Source: a virus (lineage: Duplodnaviria > Caudoviricetes). From it: DNA of 32,808 nucleotides. A program made the translations under genes and the position numbers. The stretch lies in IMG/VR virus record IMGVR_UViG_3300012682_000681, positions 1-32,808 of that record; one strand, given 5' to 3'. How positions within the stretch are numbered: position 1 is the first letter of the stretch; each line of letters opens with the position of its first letter. Below are positions 25,454 through 31,934 of this stretch, one piece after another. The notes beneath the pieces are model-generated. The model made no database searches. It was not told the origin of the DNA and saw only the letters and a list, made by a program, of their open reading frames with translations.

Positions 25454-26308
25454 GTGTCGTTCGGCGTAGGAGGCGCCCCGATCGGGGCCCCCGGGTTCAC
25501 GGTCCCCGCCCACAGCCTCGTCGGGGTCGCGGCGACACCGGTGGCGCCGGCCCGGTGGGAGACGGGCGTGTCGTTCAGCCCGGAGACATGCGAGCAGGTG
25601 TGGGTCACAGCCGTCGGCTGCGACCCGGTCACCCAGCCGACACCGGCGAACAACGACCCGGTCGTCAACGTCGACTCCTTCCAGATCACCACCCTCTTCG
25701 AGTGCCGCAGCACCGGCCACGAGGTCGTCGGCTACCAGCGTCGGGCCATGGACGCCATCGACGCCCTCACCCCCCGGGCGGTAGAAGGCCAGTTCTGGAC
25801 GGGCGCCCAAGGGGCCAGCGACCTGGCGTTGCGCAAGACGCCGGCGACGGCGTTCGACGGCTGCAAGGGCGTCATCGGAGCGGCCGCGGTCGCCCCAGCC
25901 CGGGCTCTCGGCGCGCTGATCCAGGCCATCTCCGACTGCAGCTCCGGTGGCCGTGGGGCGATCCACGCCCGCCCTGAGGTGGTCAGCCTGTGGACCGACA
26001 CGGGCAGCGTCGTCGAGAAGGGCGGCCAGCTGGTCACCCTCGTCGGCCAGCACCACGTCGTCCCCGGCGTCGGCTACCCGGGCACCGGGCCGAACGGCCA
26101 CGCCTCGGCGGCCACCACCAACTGGGCCTACGCCACCTCGGGGACGCCTCAGATGATCCTCGGGCCCGCGTCGTCGAACCCGGGCACCTTCAACGAGGCC
26201 TTCGACCGGCGGATCAACATGGTCCGCTTCCAAGGCCAGCGCGAGGCGGCCGTCTGGTGGGACGGCTGCCTGTCGGCCGCAATCCGCGTCGACCTGCCGG
26301 CCATCTGA
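25454..26308 (+). CDS. Second capsid-fold protein (capsid pentamer-like)
   Basis: RWETGVSF..C..FQITTLFEC..AVEGQFWTG..GAIHA..VVPGVGYPG..WAYAT..FDRRIN..REAAVWWDGC resembles the gene that usually follows this major capsid type; AGGAG RBS. Confidence 0.6.
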   Translation: MSFGVGGAPIGAPGFTVPAHSLVGVAATPVAPARWETGVSFSPETCEQVWVTAVGCDPVTQPTPANNDPVVNVDSFQITTLFECRSTGHEVVGYQRRAMDAIDALTPRAVEGQFWTGAQGASDLALRKTPATAFDGCKGVIGAAAVAPARALGALIQAISDCSSGGRGAIHARPEVVSLWTDTGSVVEKGGQLVTLVGQHHVVPGVGYPGTGPNGHASAATTNWAYATSGTPQMILGPASSNPGTFNEAFDRRINMVRFQGQREAAVWWDGCLSAAIRVDLPAI

Positions 26309-26310
26309 CC

Positions 26311-27339
26311 TCAGGCTGACGTCCAGGCGTCCAGCCAGCGGTGCACGTTGCCTTCGATCGTCCACCGTGCCGCCACCTCCGACCCGGCAGCGGCCAGCTC
26401 CTGCCTGTAGTCGAGGTCGAGGAGCAGGCGCTTCAGGTGCCGGTGCCAGTCCCGTGGGCGGCGGGCGATCAGCCCGAGCCCTTCCTCGTGGAGGCGCAGG
26501 TTGTCGGGGGTCGGCGACATGACCGGCACCGACCCGCTCCCGGCGGCCTCGATCGCCTTCAAACCGGATTTCGAGAGGTTGAACGCGGTGTCGGCCAACG
26601 GCACGATCGTGACGTCGATCCGACTGAGGGCGGCGAAGTAGCCGGTCAGGTCGAGCATCCCCGTCGAGGAGAACAGCGGGCTCACGGTGGCGTCGGAGCG
26701 GGCTTTGAAGCCGAGCGGCCCGGCGGCGTCCCCCGGGCCCACCTGGAGGAACGAGGCGCCCGGCGTGGCAGCCACCACGCCGGCGACGTTGCCCCTGGTG
26801 ACCTGCAGGTCGTTCGGGTGGGTGCCGGCCAGGCCCGGCCAGCCGACCGTCATGCCCGTGCCCCGTGGCCGGCCGCAGAAGCCGGCGGGCAGGCAGTTCG
26901 GGATCACCACGGTCCGCTTGCCGTATCTGGTGGCCAGCTGGGGCGTCGTGACGGTGACCAGGTCGGCGGCTGCGCAGGCGGCCTTGGCATGCCGCCAGTT
27001 CGCCGTCGGGGAGCTCAGCGGGTGGACGGACCCCCAGGCCACGTTGGCCCGGTCGACCCGTTCGAGGTCGTCGTCCATGTCGACGACAACCTTGACCCCT
27101 TGGGCTTGGACTGCCCGGATCACCTCGAGCATCACCTCACCCGACGGCCTTTGCAGGACCAGCACGTCGCAGTCGACGGGCACCTCCCGGATCCGCCCGC
27201 CGGGGCCCCGGACGACCGGCAGGTCGCCTTCGAGCACCCGAACGTCGGCGCCGACGGCATTCGCAAGCTGGGCGGGCCAGAACAGGCGCAGGTGACCGCA
27301 GGCGCCGTCATCGGCCGGCCAGACAAGGATCCGGGTCAC
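26311..27339 (-). CDS. Glycosyltransferase, GT-B fold (GT4-like)
   Basis: ACGHLRL..VLVLQRP..VVDMDDDL..ADLVTVTTPQL..TVGWPG..IVPLADTAFNLSKSGLKAIE. Confidence 0.85.
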   Translation of the reverse strand: MTRILVWPADDGACGHLRLFWPAQLANAVGADVRVLEGDLPVVRGPGGRIREVPVDCDVLVLQRPSGEVMLEVIRAVQAQGVKVVVDMDDDLERVDRANVAWGSVHPLSSPTANWRHAKAACAAADLVTVTTPQLATRYGKRTVVIPNCLPAGFCGRPRGTGMTVGWPGLAGTHPNDLQVTRGNVAGVVAATPGASFLQVGPGDAAGPLGFKARSDATVSPLFSSTGMLDLTGYFAALSRIDVTIVPLADTAFNLSKSGLKAIEAAGSGSVPVMSPTPDNLRLHEEGLGLIARRPRDWHRHLKRLLLDLDYRQELAAAGSEVAARWTIEGNVHRWLDAWTSA

Positions 27340-27340
27340 C

Positions 27341-28234
27341 TCAGGCTGCACCGGCCACAAAGGCGCAGACGATGTAAGCGGCATGCCGGTCAAGGTTCAT
27401 CCGGTCCCGGTCGTAGCGCGTGGTCGTGCGCGGGTCGGCGTGCCTGGCGGCGACCTGGACGTCGCGGAGCGGCACCCCGGCGTCGAGGGCGGCGGTGATG
27501 AAGCTGTGCCTCAGGCTGTGCGGGCCGACCTTCTTGGTGATCCCGGCCCGCTTCGCTGTAGCCCTGACCATGCGACCGGCAGTGAACCGGTCGAGGCGCC
27601 GGCCGTCCCAGGCGAACAGCGGCCCCTCGAACCGGTCGCCGACGACGAGGTCGATGGCTCTGGCCGTGCGGGGCGCCAGCGGCACGGTGGCCGGCTTGGC
27701 TCCCTTCCCGATGATCCGCAGCGTCCGGTGGCCCCGCTCGGAGCCGAGAGCCTCCACGTCAGCCCCGCAGGCCTCGGAGACCCGAAGGCCATTCAGGAGG
27801 CAGCCAAGAGCGTGGTGCAGGGGGCTGAGGACGGCGGCGTGGGTGATGAAGGCGCCGAGCTCCATCCGGTCGAGGCCGAGCGTCGACGACTCCTGGGAGG
27901 ACTTGGGGCGGCGGACGAAGCGTGCCGGGCTCTTCGCCAAGATGTCCTCGGCTTCGCAGTAGCGGTAGAAGCCGGCGACCGTGGAGAGGCGGCGGCCGAT
28001 GGTGGCGCGGGCGTACCCATCGGCCTCCATCTGCCGGCCGAACATCTCGACGTGGACCCGCTTCACCTCGAGAACGACTAGGCCGTTCTTCTCGCAGTGA
28101 GTGAACCAGGCGCGCAGGTCGATGCGGTAGCCGGTGAGCGTGTGGCCGCTGTAGCCCGCTAGGTATCCGCCGGCGACGAGGAGGGCCTCGTCGAGCGGGG
28201 TCACAAGCTGTGCGTGGGTAGCGTCGGTGGACAA
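27341..28234 (-). CDS. Tyrosine recombinase/integrase (XerC-like)
   Basis: Catalytic R (GLRVSE), K (GKG), HSLRH, H (ARHAD) and Y (TTRYD) all present; TTG start with AGGAGG. Confidence 0.93.
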   Translation of the reverse strand: MSTDATHAQLVTPLDEALLVAGGYLAGYSGHTLTGYRIDLRAWFTHCEKNGLVVLEVKRVHVEMFGRQMEADGYARATIGRRLSTVAGFYRYCEAEDILAKSPARFVRRPKSSQESSTLGLDRMELGAFITHAAVLSPLHHALGCLLNGLRVSEACGADVEALGSERGHRTLRIIGKGAKPATVPLAPRTARAIDLVVGDRFEGPLFAWDGRRLDRFTAGRMVRATAKRAGITKKVGPHSLRHSFITAALDAGVPLRDVQVAARHADPRTTTRYDRDRMNLDRHAAYIVCAFVAGAA

Positions 28235-28297
28235 GTGCTGACCTCCTGCTAGGTCGGTGCCTAGGCCTCCGTCGGTGCTGGTAACACCGGCGGAGGC
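28235..28297 (+). ncRNA. Candidate structured RNA antisense to the recombinase leader
   Basis: Stems 28235-44/28251-60 and 28265-77/28285-97 pair fully only on the + strand, using four G-U pairs. Confidence 0.4.
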
Positions 28298-28316
28298 TGC
28301 CCCGATTGGAAGCCTC

Positions 28317-28337
28317 AGGCTACGCGGCTAGGTGACA
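28317..28337 (-). promoter_or_regulatory. TGTCAC-N9-TAGCCT promoter-like motif upstream of the recombinase
   Basis: Consensus TANNNT with TTGTCAC upstream; third copy of the motif. Confidence 0.55.
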
Positions 28338-28370
28338 AGCCGTCTCCGGCTCGCCGCTCTCATCCAGACG

Positions 28371-30422
28371 TTATGTGGCGATCAGCCCGTGCGTGCGGAG
28401 CCGAGCGAGGAGGGCGTTGAGTGCTGCACGCGCCTCGGTATCTACGGTCGCCCCGCCGCTTGGGTCCGCCACGGCGGCGCCTCTAGCCCCGACTACCGAC
28501 GTCCCTTGAACCTTGAGGCCCGTCCCGGCGGTAGCGATGTCGACATTACCGCTGTACGACGTGATACCACCGATCACCTCGATCGGGTTCTGCATGAACA
28601 AGGCAACGGCCTGGGGCGAACTCCACACGAGGCGCCCGTCAGCAATGACCTGCACATCCCAGTTGGCGGTGGCGAGGGCGTTCTGGAACTGAACCCTCGA
28701 CCCGGCGAGAAGCTGGAGCAACAGGTCACTCAGCACGACCCCTGCCGTGGAGGTCTTGCCGACGGCGAGCTGCTCGAAGCGCAGACCGCCGCCCGGCCAC
28801 ATGATGCCATTACTGCTGGTGTCGCCTAGGAAAATCTCGGGTTCGGTCAGCGGGCCGAGTTCCAACACCTTGAAGAAGAAGTAGTTGCTGGACGACCCAG
28901 CGTCGAAGATGACAGCCGGGAGGGTGTCGGTTTCGCGGTAAACGCCGTAGAAGTGGTTGCACACATAACGGACACGGGCCATGGCTGTGAGGTTGCCGGC
29001 GAAGTGGGGGGCGATGTAGGTGTTGCCCAAGAACGATTCGTCGTTGACGCCGTAGCGGGCGTTCCCCGAGGCGTCGGGGACACCGTCGAAGGTGCACTGG
29101 TTGGCGTCGGTGCCCATTGCGTGGAAGCCGTCCTCGTTGTTGTACGAGGCGACGTGGGTAATCAGGCAGTTGTTGGCGTTGGTGGAGACGACGGCGTCCT
29201 CATCTACGTTCCCGCTGAACACGAACAGGCCAGCCCCACCGAACCCTTCGATAACGCAGTCTTCGGTCGTCATGCCGTTGGCTTGCATCCGTACGCCGTT
29301 GTTGTAGACCGCCGCTTGTCCTGCCGCTGCCGCAGATGCCACGTTAGCGGCGACCTTGGCGAAGGTGAACGTCGTTGCTGTCGGGATGCTGGTGACGTAA
29401 CGGTAACCGTCGAAGGGTGCGGCGAGCCCAGCCACCTCCACCAAGTGACCAACAACGAACCCGTGGGCGGTGTCAGTGGTCAGGGTCGCGACGTTGGCGG
29501 TCAAGGCTTTGTTTGTGATAGCGAGCGTCATCTTCGCTGCCCCGGCCGCTGCCGCAGATGCCACGTTAGCGGCGACCTTGGCGAAGGTGAACGTCGTTGC
29601 TGTCGGAGTGCTGCCGATAGTGTGGTAGCCGTTGAAAGTGGCGTCGACCCCGACGACGGCCACCAAGCGACCAACAACGAACCCGTGGGCGGCGGCGGTG
29701 GTCAGGGTCGCGACGTTGGCGGTCAAGGCCTTGTTGGTGACGGCCACCCTTGACTCAGTGTTCTTGATCTTGAACCCACGGATAATACTGCCAGCGCCCC
29801 GGCCCAGCACCCCGTTTTGCACGATGAAGCCCGACACGCCAGGGTCGCAGTTGAGGGTGGTCCCTTGGCCCGGCTGGAAGCCCCGGCCGGTACCTTCAAT
29901 CTGAACACACTTGCCGCTCCAAACCACATCGGTCTTGAAACGGTAGGCGGGAGCGGTCATGCGGATGCGGCCACCGGATACCGGAAGGGCGGCGATGGCG
30001 GCCATGACGGTCAGGGCGTCGTCGGTTCCTGCTCCGCCAGTGGGGCCGGGCTCGATGTCGATCCAGGGGCGGGGGCCGCTGAACAACTTGTTGCCGTTGA
30101 TCGTTGTGTTGCCGTTGATCGGCACATAGGTGGCGTTCAGTGCGTCGGTCCAGTTGCTAGCCGTGTAGGTGGCGCCGGAGGTGAACGCGACGTTGGCCGA
30201 GACGATCTGGCCGGACGGGTTGAGCACCTGGTCGCCCGCGGCGTAGGCGGTGATCGGCTTCCACTTCGTCACGCGGTCCGCCAGCTCCGCCGACGACGCG
30301 ACGCCGGCGTTCGTGAGCGCGTGGACCGCGTCATGATGCTGCTGGTGCAGCTTCCGGCTCGGGTCGGCCGGGTCATCCGGGTACGACCCGTCGATGTCAA
30401 CCGGCAGGTTCGTGCTCGGCAT
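28371..30422 (-). CDS. Fibre/tailspike 2: shared N-terminal anchor, CBM5/12-like module, beta-helix with two inserted repeat domains
   Basis: First 48 aa match fibre 1 at 42 positions; WKPITAYAAGDQV; GTDDALTVMAAIAAL; C-terminal ALNALLARLRTHGLI. Confidence 0.8.
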   Translation of the reverse strand: MPSTNLPVDIDGSYPDDPADPSRKLHQQHHDAVHALTNAGVASSAELADRVTKWKPITAYAAGDQVLNPSGQIVSANVAFTSGATYTASNWTDALNATYVPINGNTTINGNKLFSGPRPWIDIEPGPTGGAGTDDALTVMAAIAALPVSGGRIRMTAPAYRFKTDVVWSGKCVQIEGTGRGFQPGQGTTLNCDPGVSGFIVQNGVLGRGAGSIIRGFKIKNTESRVAVTNKALTANVATLTTAAAHGFVVGRLVAVVGVDATFNGYHTIGSTPTATTFTFAKVAANVASAAAAGAAKMTLAITNKALTANVATLTTDTAHGFVVGHLVEVAGLAAPFDGYRYVTSIPTATTFTFAKVAANVASAAAAGQAAVYNNGVRMQANGMTTEDCVIEGFGGAGLFVFSGNVDEDAVVSTNANNCLITHVASYNNEDGFHAMGTDANQCTFDGVPDASGNARYGVNDESFLGNTYIAPHFAGNLTAMARVRYVCNHFYGVYRETDTLPAVIFDAGSSSNYFFFKVLELGPLTEPEIFLGDTSSNGIMWPGGGLRFEQLAVGKTSTAGVVLSDLLLQLLAGSRVQFQNALATANWDVQVIADGRLVWSSPQAVALFMQNPIEVIGGITSYSGNVDIATAGTGLKVQGTSVVGARGAAVADPSGGATVDTEARAALNALLARLRTHGLIAT
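29323..29745 (-). repeat. 222-bp (74-aa) tandem duplication in fibre 2
   Basis: TNKALTANVATLTT..AHGFVVG..PTATTFTFAKVAANVASAAAAG occurs twice; 62 bp identical at 29323-29384 and 29545-29606. Confidence 0.9.
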
Positions 30423-30435
30423 CAGTAGCCTCCGT
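30280..30435 (-). repeat. Right arm of the 156-bp imperfect inverted repeat
   Basis: 30412-30435 is the exact reverse complement of 19976-19999. Confidence 0.85.
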
Positions 30436-31192
30436 ACTTGGTGATCGTGGCGCCGGGAGCGGTCGGCCCGGCAGTGGCAACCAGGCTGTCATCGTCGTCG
30501 GCCCGGAAGATTCTGGCGGCCCGGTGCAGGCGGGCCGGGTTGACGGCGGCAAGCCACAGGTCGATCGACGTGATCCCCGTCTTGCCTTCCTTCAGGAAGT
30601 CGGCCGGGTCAAGAACGGTCATCGTCAGCCCCTGCCGGGTGATCGTCGTCAGCCGGGCCGGGAGGCCGCAGTCGTCGGGCGCGGCGACCGCCTTGTAGAA
30701 CTCGCAGGCCAGCTGCGCGGCGGCCAGCAGGCCCGCGGCGGGGACAGGCTGACCCCAGGTGATCGTCACCGACCAGGTGCCCGCCTCGGTGTCCGGCAGG
30801 TCCAGGTTCTGCGTGGCCGGCCATGACCCGCCGAGGCGGGCCAGCCAGCGGCGCGACTCAAGCCGGTACTCCGAGGCGGGCACCACCGCGCCGTCGACCT
30901 TGACCTCGCCGACGGACACCACCGGGTTGGGCAGCAGCAGCCGCCGACGGAGCCGGTGACCGCACGACGTTGAGCAGCGGCAGGTGGCCAGCGGCGCCCA
31001 GGCCCGGTCGACGATCGGGGTGCAGACGTCCGCGCCAGAGCAGGGCCGGAACGTGGCGGTGCACGACCCGAACCTGCGGCCCGACAGGGCCCACAGCACT
31101 TCGGTGGCAGCCTCGAGGTGTTCTTCGAGGCCACCGGCGGGGGCGGCGCAGTCGGTGAGGTCGGCCGGCCACGGGCCGCAGAGCCTGGTCAT
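30422..31192 (-). CDS. Head-to-tail adaptor
   Basis: ATEVLWALSGRRFG.C..RPC..VKVDG..WPATQNL..LACEF..C.LP.R..ITRQGL..GKTG..IDLWLAAVNP. Confidence 0.8.
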   Translation of the reverse strand: MTRLCGPWPADLTDCAAPAGGLEEHLEAATEVLWALSGRRFGSCTATFRPCSGADVCTPIVDRAWAPLATCRCSTSCGHRLRRRLLLPNPVVSVGEVKVDGAVVPASEYRLESRRWLARLGGSWPATQNLDLPDTEAGTWSVTITWGQPVPAAGLLAAAQLACEFYKAVAAPDDCGLPARLTTITRQGLTMTVLDPADFLKEGKTGITSIDLWLAAVNPARLHRAARIFRADDDDSLVATAGPTAPGATITKYGGY

Positions 31193-31266
31193 GGCCCGTA
31201 GCCTCCTGAGTATCCGGCTGCATAGCCGGCGGGCACGGGGCCGGTCCCGGGCCCGCCTCCTAGAAA
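31189..31266 (-). other. Putative -1 frameshift extension of the major tail protein
   Basis: T-TTC-TAG at the gene end; the -1 frame reads FLGGGPGTGPVPAGYAAGYSGGYGP* and ends in an ATGA overlap with the adaptor start; hairpin at 31229-31256. Confidence 0.55.
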
Positions 31267-31907
31267 GCCAGGTACCCGTTGGAGTCGGGCGGCGGGATGG
31301 TGGACGTGCGGAACACGGCCTGGTGCTCCTTCGGTCCGATCGGGCCGCCGAGGATGACGCCGGCCCGGGGGCCGAGACCGAAGCTGGGGTTGACAGACGA
31401 CTCGCCTTCGATCTTGAACGTGGCGGTCGCCAACTCGATCGTCGGGTTGCTGAGCACCGTGTTCTTCACCAGCGGCCACACCCACAGGAGGAACTCCTCG
31501 GTGCCGCCGACGACACACGCCTGCCCGGGGATCCGGGACCACACCTCGAGGATGAAGTTGTTGGCCCCCATCCCGTCGCCGACAGCCCAGCCGACCTGGT
31601 CGGGGCCGTTGCTGATCACCCGGACACCGGACGTCAGCTCGGCGAGAGCCGGGTGGACCTCGCCGAAGTTGACGGCGATCGTCTGGTACTTCAGCCGCTT
31701 CTTGTCCCGGTCGTTGACGATGAACTCGCCGTCAGCCGACTTCAGCAGGAACTCTTCGCCGTCCTCGAACTCCTGGCCGAGTTCGACGGAGATGAACCCG
31801 CGGGACACCGCCGACCCGGACGGGCCGGAGACGGCGACGCCGCAGGCGTCGGCCCGGGTGACCCGTGCGGCCACCCCCTTGATGCTCCTAACAGCCTTCG
31901 AGGCCAT
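31260..31907 (-). CDS. Major tail (tube) protein
   Basis: ARVTRADACG..SRGFISVEL..FEDGEEF..KSADG..FILEVWS; lies between the capsid and adaptor genes; GAGGGAG RBS. Confidence 0.8.
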   Translation of the reverse strand: MASKAVRSIKGVAARVTRADACGVAVSGPSGSAVSRGFISVELGQEFEDGEEFLLKSADGEFIVNDRDKKRLKYQTIAVNFGEVHPALAELTSGVRVISNGPDQVGWAVGDGMGANNFILEVWSRIPGQACVVGGTEEFLLWVWPLVKNTVLSNPTIELATATFKIEGESSVNPSFGLGPRAGVILGGPIGPKEHQAVFRTSTIPPPDSNGYLAF

Positions 31908-31934
31908 GTGCGCTCCCTCCTCGTTCGGTCGGCG

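Noticed and set aside
25439-26310. GGTCAG/CTGACC inverted ends around the pentamer-like gene as inversion sites
   Set aside because: Only 6 bp; expected by chance at this GC content.
19976-30435. Paired fibre repeats as a diversity-generating retroelement TR/VR
   Set aside because: No reverse transcriptase in the window; differences are not adenine-specific and lie at the N-terminus.
30858-31262. Read-through of the major tail TAG into ORF 30858-31223
   Set aside because: That frame is Arg/Pro-rich and overlaps the adaptor out of frame; the -1 frame is better supported.
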